The notes under the pieces: model-generated
What the model was told of the DNA's origin: nothing
The model's database searches: none
What the model saw: only the letters and a program-made list of their open reading frames with translations
Origin: an uncultured Acidobacteriota bacterium
GTDB lineage: Bacteria; Acidobacteriota; Thermoanaerobaculia; Gp7-AA8
Reading direction: 5' to 3'
Assembly: GCA_963822445.1 (NCBI GenBank)
Contig: CAWGHO010000001.1
Location: 1,408,001 to 1,472,000 of the forward strand
Length of the DNA stretch: 64,000 nucleotides
Program-made: the position numbers and the translations under genes
Part shown: piece by piece, positions 20,209 to 30,447 of the stretch
Layout: the number at the start of each line of letters is the position of its first letter
Position numbering within the stretch: the stretch's first letter is position 1

Positions 20209-21244
20209 TCCTCTACAAGAAACAGGCGTCGCTCCGCGTGAAGCGCGCGCCGGCGCCCGCAGCCGCCGTACTGGTGCGCGACGACGATCGCTCCCTAGGC
20301 CCCCGCCGCGCCGAGCCGATGGCCATCGACTACCTCGGCCTGCGCGCAAGCGCCAAGGACAAGCTGGAAGTCAGCGTTTGCGATAACGCGCGCGATGAGC
20401 TGGAGCGCATGCGCCTCGTCGACGAGCCGGTGCTGATCGACGCCGCGGAGCAGACCGAAGTGGTGTTCCGGCGGGGTGAGGAAGTGCTGGCGTTCTGCGA
20501 GGAGCAGCGGCTGTCGAGATCGCTGGTCCTCACCTCGGCGCGCGGGCGTGCTGCCGCGGCGTACCGGCCGTGTGGTCATTGCCGCGTGGCCGCTGGAGCT
20601 GCGAACGCCTCGAAGAGATGTTCGCGCAGGCCGCGGAGCTGCGGTGGGGCGTCGCGGTGCCGCTCATGTTTCCGGTGACGACTGAGCTCCCGCTCTCGAA
20701 GATCTTGCCGATCGCGCGAAAAAGTACGGCGCGGCGTTCTTCGCCGGGCTGATGCTGCAGGTTGACCGACCGCGAAGCAGAGCGTCGCGCAGGCGATGAA
20801 TCTCGAGTCGGAGGACGACCGGTACGCGATGCTCTTTCACGCCGACGTCGAGCCGATACACCTCGACGGAGCGCCACATCGCTGCACTCGCGGCGGAGCG
20901 CGGCATGGCGGACTTCATCCTTCCGCCGAAGTGGCAGGAGCGCTCGAACTGGAACGCTGCGGTGCTGCTGACCCTGACCGCCTCGCGCATGTTCGCGATG
21001 GAGCTCGACCTCGATCTGGCCGGAGCGATCGCCCGCTCGGCACGAGTGATCGCGGAGCTGGACAAGCCGATTGCCGCGGGTCGGCCGCCCCCAGGCGGCC
21101 GAGCGTGGCGATCGTGCGTGGAGTGGACGGACCTGCGCGGAGATGCTGACCGAGAGTGGCTGGGCGGGGAGGTCGCGAGTCCAGAGTGTCGGGGAGTACG
21201 TAGAGAGCGCGCGGGCCAGTCTCGGAGATCTGCGCCGCGGCTGA
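20205..21244 (+). CDS. Hypothetical protein (frameshifted), possibly a degenerate radical-SAM-like fold
   Basis: GTGA overlap with ribE; coding-like segments across several frames; end approximate. Confidence 0.5.
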
Positions 21245-21597
21245 CTACTTCCGATGCGTGACTTCACCTTCGTCGAGATCCCGCCGCGCACGTAAAAATC
21301 GCCTTCCACTTCGAGAAACCGCGGATCGATGGCCTCGATGACGTCGTTGGCGATGCGGTTCGTCACCGCCTCGTGAAACGCGCCTTCATCCCGATACGAC
21401 CAGAGATAGAGCTTGAGCGACTTCAGCTCCACGCATTTTTGATCGGGCGTGTAGCGGATGCGGATGGTGGCGAAGTCGGGCTGCCCGGTCATCGGGCAGA
21501 GACAGGTGAACTCCGGCGCCTCGAACGCGATCTCGTAATCGCGCTCGGGGTTGGGGTTGGGGAAGGTGTCGAGGGAGCGGGAGGGCTTGGTCGTCAT
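21245..21597 (-). CDS. queF: NADPH-dependent 7-cyano-7-deazaguanine reductase
   Basis: [31 protein letters not shown]; 3' frameshift. Confidence 0.93.
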
Positions 21598-21602
21598 TTG
21601 TC

Positions 21603-23075
21603 TCACCGCTTACGCCGGCGTTCAGCGCCGCCATCAGCTTCTGGTTCAGCTCCTTGATCCGCTCCTGGAGCTGGGCGATCTTGGCCTGGGCGTCGGCGCG
21701 GAGGCGTTCGGTCTCGCCGCGCAGGCGGGCGATCTCTTCATCCTTCTGGTTCGTGCCGCCGCTGTGCTGGGCCATCTGCGAGCGGAGGTAGTCGACGTCG
21801 TGGCGGAGGTTCTCGATCTCTTCGTCCTTGTCGGCGAGGCGCTGCCGCCACTGCACTTCCTGCTCCTCGTAGAGCCGCTTGATGTCCATCAGCTCGGTGA
21901 TCTGCGAGAAATCGGAATAGCTCGGGGCCATGTCTCCTCCCTGGCGTACTCGCTCTTCGATCTGCGGGAAGAGCTTGCGCAGCTTCAGCGAGAGATCGTC
22001 GGGATCGCTCGCCAGCTCCATCGCGTCCTGGTACGTGATCTTCTGATGCACGAGCAGCGCGATCAGCGACTGATTCATCGACTGCATGCGGTAGAGGCCG
22101 ACCGAGTTCTCGATCTCCTCGAGGATGTCCTTGGTGGTGCCGTCCTCGATCAGCTTGGCGATGCGCGGCGAGTTCTTGAGGATCTCCACCACCGCCGTCA
22201 TCCGGTCCTCTTTCGTCTTGACCAGCTTGAGCGAAATGATTCCGCGCAGAACCAGCGAGAGCTGCGAGCGGATCTGCTTGTGCTGCTCCGGCGGGAAGGC
22301 GTCGATGATGCGGTCGAGGGTCTGCGCGGCGTTGTTCGTGTGCAGCGTCGAGAACACGAGGTGGCCGGTCTCGGCGGCGGTGAGCACCGTGGTGATGGTC
22401 TCCACGTCGCGCATCTCGCCGACCATGATCACGTCCGGGTCCTGGCGCATGGCGTTGCGCAGCGCCTCTTTGAACGACGGCGTGTCCGTCCCTACCTCGC
22501 GCTGGGAGATCGCCGCGATCTTGTCCTGAAACAGGAACTCGATCGGGTCTTCGATGGTGACGATGTGCAGCGGCTCGTGCTCGGCGATCTCGCAGGATCA
22601 TGGCCGCCAGCGTGGTCGACTTGCCCGAGCCGGTCGGGCCGGTGACGAGCACCAGGCCGTCGGGGATCTGCGTCAGCTCGCGCGACGGCCGCGCGGCAGC
22701 TCCAGCGCGTCGATGTTCGAGACCTGAATGGGAATGCGGCGGAAGACCGCGCCGACCGTGCCGCGCTGCATGTACATGTTCGCGCGGAAGCGGGCCACGC
22801 CGGGAACGCCGTATCCGAAGTCGACGGACTGGTGCGCATCGAACCGCTCTCTTCTGCGCGCGATTGAGCAGCGGCAGCAGCATCTTCTCGAGGTCCGGCG
22901 GCTTGAGCGCGTCGGTCTTGATCGGGATGAGCTTGCCCTGCACGCGCACCAGCGGCGGCCGCATCGGCTTCAGATGAAGATCCGAGGCCTGCTGCTTGGC
23001 CATGTAGATCAGCAGGTCGTTCAGCGAGAACGGAGCGTGCGCCGTGCTGTTGTTGTTCAGCGGCACAACGGACAC
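21603..23075 (-). CDS. pilT: PilT/PilU-family ATPase with C-terminal coiled coil (frameshifted)
   Basis: [47 protein letters not shown]; end approximate. Confidence 0.85.
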
Positions 23076-23087
23076 GGCGTTGATTGA

Positions 23088-23502
23088 CTACGTCCCTCCG
23101 CGTCCAAGCGCTAGCGCCTCATCACCGAATCCAGAATCATCAGAAAGGCTTCCTGCTGCTTGGCTTCGGTCTTGTTGATGACGGCGATGGTCTCGCCGAT
23201 GCGGAAGCGCTGGTGCAGTTCGTCGGCGGAGTGGGAGGAGGTCACGACGATCCGGCGCGGAGGAGAGGCCCTTGGCCCGGGCGTAATCGACGAACTTCTT
23301 TCCGTCCATGCCCGGCATTTCCAGGTCGACGATGAGCAGGTCGATCGTGTCGTCGATCTTGGGCAGGGCGTCGTAGGGATGGGTGTAGGTCTCGACGCTG
23401 GGCGTCTCGGCGTAGCGCTCGAGCATGAAGTTCGACCAGAGATCGCAGTACGACGGGCGAGTCGTCGACGATCACGATCCGCTTCGGTTTCTGTTCGGTC
23501 AT
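23088..23502 (-). CDS. Single-domain response regulator (frameshifted)
   Basis: IVIVDDS, DLLIVDLEMPGMDG. Confidence 0.8.
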
Positions 23503-24805
23503 TTGCGCTTCCGTTGCGGCTGCGGTTTCTCGCGGATGTCGTGCTTCACCACGCCGCCGACGATCGTCGTCACGATGCTCCCCTGCAGCGTCACTCCCAG
23601 AAACGGCGTGTTCGCGGCCTTGGAGTGGAAGGGCCGGTCGACGTGATGCTCGGCCTCGAGATCGATCAGGGTCACGTCCCCGAGACTGCCCGGCCGCAAC
23701 GTGCCCGCCGGGAAGATTGAAGACGCCGGCCGGACCCGACGTGAGCATCTCGATGAGGCGCGAGAGGCTGATGACCTTCGAGCGCACGAGCTGTTGATAG
23801 CAGACCGCGAACGCGGTCTCCAGGCCGGTGATGCCCATCGGGGCGAGATCGAACTCCACGTTCTTCTCGTCGAAATGATGTGGAGCGTGATCGGTGGCGA
23901 TGGCGTCGACAGTGCCGTCGGCGATGCCGTCGAGCAGCGCGAGGCGATGATCCTCGCTCCGCAGCGGCGGATTCATCTTCAGATTGGTGGAGAAGGACTG
24001 CACGGCCTCGTCGGTGAGGGCGATGTGATGCGGTGTCACCTCGCAGGTCACGCGCACGCCTTCCGCCTTGGCCCGGCGAACCGCTTCGACCGCGCCGGCC
24101 GTCGAGAGATGGGCGATGTGCACGTGCGCGCCGGTGAGCCGCGCCAGGATCACATCGCGCGCAACCATCGTCTCCTCGGAGGCCGCGGGGATGCCGCGCA
24201 TGCCCAGGAGAGTGGAGTAATAGCCCTCGTGCATGACGCCGCCTTCGTTGAGGTTCGCGTCTTCCTCGTGCGCGACGACCGGGATGCCCAACATCGAGCA
24301 GTACTCGAGCGCGCGGCGCATGAGCTGCGCGTTCTAGACCGGCTTGCCGTCATCGCTAGCGGCCACACATCCCGCGGCGCGAAGATCGGCCAGCTCGGCC
24401 ATCTCCTCGCCCTTGAGGCCCTTGCTCACCGCGCCGATCGGATAGACGCGGCACCACCCGTTCCGCGCCGCCTCGGCCAGCACCATCTCCGTGACCGCAC
24501 GCTCGTCGTTCGGCGGAACGGTGTTCGCCATCGCGCAGACCGCGGTGAAGCCGCCGGCGACCGCGGCGCGTGTCCCGCTGGCGATCGTCTCCTTGTGCTC
24601 CTGCCCCGGCTCGCGCAGATGGGTGTGCAGGTCGATGAAGCCCGGGAGTAGCGATGAGGCCGCGCCGCGTCGATGGTCTCGACGTCACCGGTTTTGATCT
24701 TTTTGTCGACGCGAGCGATGTGCCGTCCTCGATGAGGATGTCCATCGTCGCGTCGAGCGATTGCGAGGGATCGATGACGCGCGCGCCGGTAATGAGCAGG
24801 TTCAC
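23499..24805 (-). CDS. pyrC: Dihydroorotase (indels and one in-frame stop, likely errors)
   Basis: D(L)[27 protein letters not shown]; follows pyrB. Confidence 0.92.
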
Positions 24806-25755
24806 TCGGCACCTCCATGCGCGCCGCCCAGGAGATACAGCACGGCCATGCGTACGGCCACGCCGTTCGTGACCTGATCGAGGATCACCGAGAAATTCGG
24901 ATCGTCGGCGACGTCGGAGGCGATCTCGACGCCGCGGTTCATCGGGCCGGGATGCATGACCAGCACGTTCTTCTTCGCGCGCGCCAGCCGCTCGCGGGTG
25001 AGGCCGAAGGTGTTGTAGTACTCGCGGATCGACGGGAAGCTGAGCTTCCCCTGCCGCTCGAGCTGCACGCGCAGCATCATCACCACGTCCGCGCCTTCCG
25101 TCGCTTCGTCGAGCGAGTGCACGACCCGCACGCCCATCCGCTCGATCTCCGCCGGCATCAGCGACGGTGGTCCGGCGAGGGTTACGTTCGCCTTCATCTT
25201 CGTGAGCAGGTGAATGTTCGAGCGCACCACGCGCGAATACTTGATGTCGCCGACGACAGAGACGTTCACGCCCTGCAGGCGGCCGAGGCGCTCGCGGATG
25301 GTGAAGGCGTCGAGGAGGGCCTGGGTCGGGTGCTCGTGCGCGCCGTCGCCGGCGTTGATGATGGAGATGTTGGGGAAGCGCTCGGCGAGCATCTTCGGCG
25401 AGCCCGGATGCTTGTGGCGCATCACGATCATGTTCGGATGCATGGCCACTAGATTCTCGGCCGTGTCGATCAGGGTCTCCCCTTTTTCGACTGCCGATCC
25501 GGACGCGGAGAAGTTGAGCGTGTCGGCGGAGAGGCGTTTTTCAGCGATCTCGAACGACACGCGCGTGCGCGTCGACGCTTCCATGAAGAGATTGATGACC
25601 AGTTGCCCGCGCAGCGCGGGCACTTTCTTCACCGGCCGCTCGCTGACTTCCTTGAAGCCCTCGGCCGTATCGAGGATGAGCTCGATCTCTTCGGGAGTGA
25701 GAGGTTCGATGCCTAGGAGGTCTTTGGATTTGAGTGCGGAGGAGGCGGTGCGCAC
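24802..25755 (-). CDS. pyrB: Aspartate carbamoyltransferase catalytic subunit
   Basis: [27 protein letters not shown]. Confidence 0.97.
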   Translation of the reverse strand: MRTASSALKSKDLLGIEPLTPEEIELILDTAEGFKEVSERPVKKVPALRGQLVINLFMEASTRTRVSFEIAEKRLSADTLNFSASGSAVEKGETLIDTAENLVAMHPNMIVMRHKHPGSPKMLAERFPNISIINAGDGAHEHPTQALLDAFTIRERLGRLQGVNVSVVGDIKYSRVVRSNIHLLTKMKANVTLAGPPSLMPAEIERMGVRVVHSLDEATEGADVVMMLRVQLERQGKLSFPSIREYYNTFGLTRERLARAKKNVLVMHPGPMNRGVEIASDVADDPNFSVILDQVTNGVAVRMAVLYLLGGAHGGAE

Positions 25756-25761
25756 CCTGCG

Positions 25762-26298
25762 TCAGCGCTCCATGATCAGGACTTCGTCGTCCCCGTCCGT
25801 CTCCATGAGCTTCACTTTGATGACTTCGTGAGCGTCGGTGGGAACGGTCTTGCCGATGATGTCGGCATGGATGGGGAGCTCGCGATGTCCGCGGTCGATC
25901 AGCACCGCCAGCATGACCTGCTTCGGCCTGCCGTAATCGATGATTGCGTCGAGCGCGGCGCGCACCGTGCGGCCGGTGTAGAGCACGTCGTCGACGAGAA
26001 CGATGTTCTTGTTGTCGATCGGCTCCGGGAGCTTGGTCGGCTTGACCACCGGCTGCGGCGCGATGGTGGTGAGGTCATCGCGATAGAGCGTGATGTCGAG
26101 GATGCCGAACGCAACCGGCTGCCCTTCCATCTGTTCGATCTCTCTGGCCATCCGCTCACCGATGGGCACGCCGCGGCTGCGGATCCCGACGATCATGAGG
26201 TTCTCGAGCCCGCGATTCTTCTCGACCGTTTCGATGGCCATGCGGCGGATGGCGCGGTTCATCCGAGCGCCGTCCAACAAGCGTTTTTTTACATTCAT
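25762..26298 (-). CDS. pyrR: Pyrimidine regulatory protein / UPRTase
   Basis: LDITLYRDD, VDDVLYTGRT, DRGHRELPI. Confidence 0.97.
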   Translation of the reverse strand: MNVKKRLLDGARMNRAIRRMAIETVEKNRGLENLMIVGIRSRGVPIGERMAREIEQMEGQPVAFGILDITLYRDDLTTIAPQPVVKPTKLPEPIDNKNIVLVDDVLYTGRTVRAALDAIIDYGRPKQVMLAVLIDRGHRELPIHADIIGKTVPTDAHEVIKVKLMETDGDDEVLIMER

Positions 26299-26338
26299 AG
26301 AGGTGTTTCCGAGCGGGGCGGGAGGATACCACGGCGCA

Positions 26339-26424
26339 GTCGTTAGTGATTAGTCGTTAGTCGTTAGTAGAACCGGACGTTCTTGACCGGTTCTACTCAT
26401 CACTAACGACTAACGACTAACGAC
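26339..26424. repeat. Inverted tandem 7-mer hairpin, GTCGTTA family, copy 1
   Basis: (GTCGTTA/GTGATTA)x4 GTAGAACCGG-acgttcttga-CCGGTTCTAC TCATCAC (TAACGAC)x3. Confidence 0.9.
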
Positions 26425-26437
26425 GAATCACTGAACA

Positions 26438-26453
26438 TGGCCTACTCCCTGCA
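26438..26453 (+). promoter_or_regulatory. Sigma-54 promoter candidate
   Basis: TGGCCTACTCCCTGCA; predicted +1 lies just before GTG 26467. Confidence 0.45.
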
Positions 26454-26466
26454 CCTTGAGCCGGCC

Positions 26467-26820
26467 GTGGGTAGCAAGCAGAAAGTGTTACTGGTCGAGG
26501 ACAACGCCGATGTCCGGCGCCTGTACGCGATCGGGCTCAACCAGCGCGGGTTCGAGGTCAAGCTCGCCGCGAATGGTGCCGAGGCCGTGGACCGCGTGGC
26601 CAGCGAGCGCCCGGACTACATCCTCCTCGACTGGATGATGCCCCTCATGGACGGAAGCGAGGTCGTCCAGCGCCTCGACGGCCAGGACGGCACCTCCGAG
26701 ATCGCCATCATCGTCATCAGCGGGCAGCCCGCCCCGGCCGCCCTCCCCCGCCGCATCCGCTCGTGGCTCACCAAGCCGCTCACGGTCGATGAGCTGGTCT
26801 CGGAGATCACGCGGGCGTGA
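26467..26820 (+). CDS. Single-domain response regulator (CheY-like)
   Basis: VLLVEDN, LLDWMMPLMDG, TKP; start 26467 or 26437. Confidence 0.88.
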   Translation: MGSKQKVLLVEDNADVRRLYAIGLNQRGFEVKLAANGAEAVDRVASERPDYILLDWMMPLMDGSEVVQRLDGQDGTSEIAIIVISGQPAPAALPRRIRSWLTKPLTVDELVSEITRA

Positions 26821-26867
26821 CGCCTTCCGCACGCGCCCGCCACGACTAGGCTAGAATCCGGTCACGA

Positions 26868-28167
26868 ATGGCCAAAATCTTCTTCGTCGGCCTCGACGGC
26901 ACGGAGAAAAGCTACAGGCTGCAGACGCATCGCCCGTTCACCCTCGGTCGCGACCCCGGCAACGACATCATCCTCCGCGACCCGAAGGTTTCCCGGCACC
27001 ACGCCGAGATCGTTTTCGAGCGTGGCTTTTTCGTCCTGCATGACCTGGCGAGCGCGAACGGGACGTATGTCAACGGGAAACGCATCCGCGTTGCTCCGCT
27101 GACCCACGGCGCCCGCCTGCGCATGGGCAATACCTACGGCCGGTTCTCCGAGGAGCTGCCGACGGAAAACGAGGCCGCGCCGATTGCCGCGGTGGAACCG
27201 TTCGATCAGCCGCAGCCGCAGACCGAGGACCTGGGCAATCTGGAGATGCTGCCGACGGCGACCATCGAGCGCGTCAACCCGGCCGTCTCCACGCTCCCCC
27301 ACGAAAAGCTCTCCGCCAGCGATCTAAAAAAAAAGCGGAGTAGTCCCTGAAGCCGAGGGGCCTACGGAACCGCTTCCGCCTCGTGAGGAGGCGAATACCA
27401 ATCCCGCGTTTGTCCCTCCGCCGCCTCCGGTAGCACCGCCGAAACTTGCCGTGTCTCCGGCCGGCGCGTTTTCCGGCACCACCTATCAGTTCACGGCCGG
27501 CTTGCCCGCCGGTGAGACCGCAACAGTTCGCGATGGAGACGGCAAGGTCCTGCTGACCTACCGCAGCTTCGCCAGCGTCGTCGGGATCGTGGCCTCGCTC
27601 GTGTGCGGACTCGTGCTCCTCGCCGGTGTCGCGGCAGTGCTGTTTCTCATCGAAAAGGATTCGTTCGTGCTTGCCGCGATCGCGTCGGTGCTCACCATCG
27701 CCTTCGCGTCGTTCATCGGCCTGCTGGTGCCACGAACGCACGTGACGCTCTACGACGACGGCACGCCCGCGTTGTCGATCTCACAGCGATCCACGTTTCC
27801 AGCCGCGATCTACACCGTCGCCACGCCGAACGGCGCGACCCTGGCCACGCTGCGGAAGTCGGTTTTCGCGCGACTAGGCCGCAACCGCTGGGCGATCACC
27901 CAGGAAGACCGTTTCCTCGGCGACGCGATGGAGGAATCCTTCGCCGGAGCAATCATTCGCAAGATCTTCGGCAAGTTCAGCCGCCGCTTCGAGACGAACG
28001 TGCAGATCCAGCACGGCGGCATCGATGCAGGCCGGATCATTCGCCGCCCCGTTCGCGATTCGGAAGGCGGCGAACGACCGGTCGACCTGCTCGAGCTCAC
28101 CGGTGAAGGCTTGGACCGCCGCGTGGCTGTCGCGCTGGCGACGTTGATTCTCGGCAGCGAGCCCTAG
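26868..28167 (+). CDS. FHA domain, Pro-rich linker, 2 TM and LURP-one/scramblase-like domain, split at an A9 tract (27326-27334)
   Basis: FHA motifs GR, SRHH and NGT; removing one A joins ORF 26868 in frame to ORF 27451 through an open Pro-rich linker. Confidence 0.7.
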
Positions 28168-30374
28168 CGAGTCACCATCGGCTGCAGCTCCACACCGGTG
28201 TAGTAGTGCTTCAGGATCCGGTCGAAGGTCCAGCCGCGGAAAGCCATGCCGTACGAGCCGACCTGGCACATGCCGACGCCGTGTCCCCAGCCCTTGCCGT
28301 AGAACGTGTAGCGATCCATTCCGTCAGCGTCTTTCGTCTTCTCGTGAACGAAGAGGTTGTCGGGGATGTTCAGCGACCAGCGCACGGGCAGGCCTTTGAG
28401 CACGAACGTGCGACCGCCTTCCGCCGTCACTTCGAGCTCGGCGACTCTCTGCGATGCATCGGTGATCAATGGCTTGATGTCGACGAGCTGCTGGATGGGA
28501 TTGCGGCGATTGATCACCGGCACGAGATCCTCGGCGCGATAGCTGCGCGTCCAGTTCGAGAAGTTCGACGTGCGATCGAAGGCGGCGCCGTCGAAGTTCG
28601 CGTTCACGACTGCCGCGATCGGCGTCTTGCTCGGCGAGAGCATCACCGTCATCCGGTCGCCGATCATGATCGGCACGCTCTTGTACTCCTGCAGGCGATC
28701 GCCGACGCGGCGAAAGATCGGGATGCCGGCGGGAAGCGTGTGCGAGGACGTCTCCCCCTTGGCTTTCAGTGTGATCTTCCGGCCGTCGACGGAAAGGATC
28801 TTCCCTTCGGCATCCTGAATGATGGTGTGCTCACGGACCCAGGCGCCGAGGAGGGCGTACAGCTCTTCGCGGGGCATGGGCTGGGCGAGGCTGACCCGGT
28901 CGATGTACTGCGCGGGATTCATCCCCCACTTGATGAGGAACGCTGCCGCGAGATGGGGAACGTCATTCGCGTTCGCCGACTGCGGGAAAAAGTAGCCGCG
29001 ATCCTCGGGAAGCGTCAGCACGCGCGCCTTGTGGGCGAGACCCATCATCGTGTCGAGGTACTCCAGCACGTCGCCGCGGCGGCTCGATGCCGGAAGGGGC
29101 TGGGGCATCTCGGTCGCGCCGGCGAGCTTCATCGCTGCAACGGTCGCCTGCGCGACTTCGCGCGCGCTCCAGGTCGTGGTCTCGGGCAGGCCCGCCAGCG
29201 CGGTGAAGAGCCGCGCATGGAGCTGCATGTCGGTGAGCAGCCCGCTGTCGGCGCGACCGGCGATGCTGGTCATCTCCATCTCCACGCAGCGGGCCCGCTT
29301 CAGGTAAGGCTCGGTGCGGCCCGGGAACATCGTGCCGACGTCGCTGGTCTCGCCGCCGCAGGTCGATGTGTAGAGCGTGTCGACCGGCTGGCCGTTGTAC
29401 GTGAGGACCAGACCGGCCGTCTCGCGCACCGCGCGCGTCGACAGCTCGTGCTCGGCGGCGAAGCCCTTGTAGGCCTGACAGGCGGGTCCCGGGCAGATGT
29501 CGAAGCCTTCCGACTCGAACTGCCGCAGGTTGCGATACGCGTACGTCCGCGCGGCGACGGCCTGCGCCTTGAGCGCCTCGACTTCGTCGTAGATGGACGG
29601 ACCCATCTCCGCGGGGACGACGCCGCGGAGGTACTCCTCCATGTTCAGCTCATTGATGACGTTGAGCAAACCGCGGGCGTTGATGAAGAGCTTTGCGGCC
29701 GTGCGATAAGGCTGCTTGTCGATGGTGATCGTTTCCGCGGTCGCGGGGTAGATCATCATCGTCTGACCGTCGACGGTGTGCCGGTCGCCTTCGTCGTCTT
29801 CGATGGCGAGTCGGTTTTCGTATTTCTCGTCGGAAGGCCGCCGGACGACGAGCATGTCTTTCCCGTAGCCCCGTTCGGTGAGGCTCGCACGCGTCGGCGT
29901 GGCGTCCTCGGACTTTGCGAAATCGCCGGCGAGCACTCTGTGGGTGCCGCTGGCAGGATCGAAGACCATGTCCACGCGGAGGTTGTTCTCGGTGCGGATC
30001 TTTTCCGCGAGGGCGGTCGCGCTGGTCAGGTCGGAGATCGCGCTGACCTGCACGGCGTAACGCACGGTCGCGTTCGCGAGCGGCGCGCTCACCGTGAAGC
30101 CGCGCTTGATCAGTGAAGGACCGGCGTCGGTGACGAGGTAGTAGCCGTCGCTGGTGCGGGGGAAGGTCACCGAAGGCTGATCGCTGAGCAGGCCGACGCG
30201 GATCTTCGGCGTGACGATCGTGCGCGGCATCGAGGCGACCGGCGTGAGCGCGTTCGGCGACCGTACAGCAGACACTCCTGTCTGCTGCTGCGGCTGCTGC
30301 GCGGGCGCATCAGGGGGAGTCGTCGCGCAGGCTGCGAAAACGAAGAGGGCGAGAACGGCAAAAAGACGATGCAT
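28164..30374 (-). CDS. SpoIID/LytB domain lipoprotein with SPOR-like domain
   Basis: Lipobox FAAC; EEYLRGVVPAEM, ALKAQAVAARTY, GWGHGVGMCQ. Confidence 0.9.
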   Translation of the reverse strand: MHRLFAVLALFVFAACATTPPDAPAQQPQQQTGVSAVRSPNALTPVASMPRTIVTPKIRVGLLSDQPSVTFPRTSDGYYLVTDAGPSLIKRGFTVSAPLANATVRYAVQVSAISDLTSATALAEKIRTENNLRVDMVFDPASGTHRVLAGDFAKSEDATPTRASLTERGYGKDMLVVRRPSDEKYENRLAIEDDEGDRHTVDGQTMMIYPATAETITIDKQPYRTAAKLFINARGLLNVINELNMEEYLRGVVPAEMGPSIYDEVEALKAQAVAARTYAYRNLRQFESEGFDICPGPACQAYKGFAAEHELSTRAVRETAGLVLTYNGQPVDTLYTSTCGGETSDVGTMFPGRTEPYLKRARCVEMEMTSIAGRADSGLLTDMQLHARLFTALAGLPETTTWSAREVAQATVAAMKLAGATEMPQPLPASSRRGDVLEYLDTMMGLAHKARVLTLPEDRGYFFPQSANANDVPHLAAAFLIKWGMNPAQYIDRVSLAQPMPREELYALLGAWVREHTIIQDAEGKILSVDGRKITLKAKGETSSHTLPAGIPIFRRVGDRLQEYKSVPIMIGDRMTVMLSPSKTPIAAVVNANFDGAAFDRTSNFSNWTRSYRAEDLVPVINRRNPIQQLVDIKPLITDASQRVAELEVTAEGGRTFVLKGLPVRWSLNIPDNLFVHEKTKDADGMDRYTFYGKGWGHGVGMCQVGSYGMAFRGWTFDRILKHYYTGVELQPMVTR

Positions 30375-30392
30375 GAATGTGCTCACAGCAAG

Positions 30393-30423
30393 AAAAAAGC
30401 CCCCGCGGTTCCCCGCGGGGGCT
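30393..30423 (-). terminator. Intrinsic terminator after the OmpA gene
   Basis: AGCCCCCGCGG-loop-CCGCGGGGGCT followed by a U-tract on the minus strand. Confidence 0.85.
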
Positions 30424-30447
30424 CGTCTCACTTCGTTGGGTACATGG

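Noticed and set aside
24334-24336. In-frame TAG in pyrC as possible stop-codon recoding
   Set aside because: Single case inside an error-rich zone; TAG is used as a normal stop in many other genes here.
12400-24810. Cluster of apparent pseudogenes (ALDH, ech, pfkA, htrA, ribD, ribE, queF, pilT, pyrC)
   Set aside because: The indels hit housekeeping genes whose motifs are otherwise intact and cluster by region, which is typical of low-coverage long-read consensus error rather than gene decay or programmed frameshifting.
26339-26424. Heptamer arrays as CRISPR repeats or as a PyrR attenuator
   Set aside because: There is no repeat-spacer periodicity of CRISPR size and no cas gene; the element lies upstream of the likely pyrR -10 box and recurs at unrelated loci.
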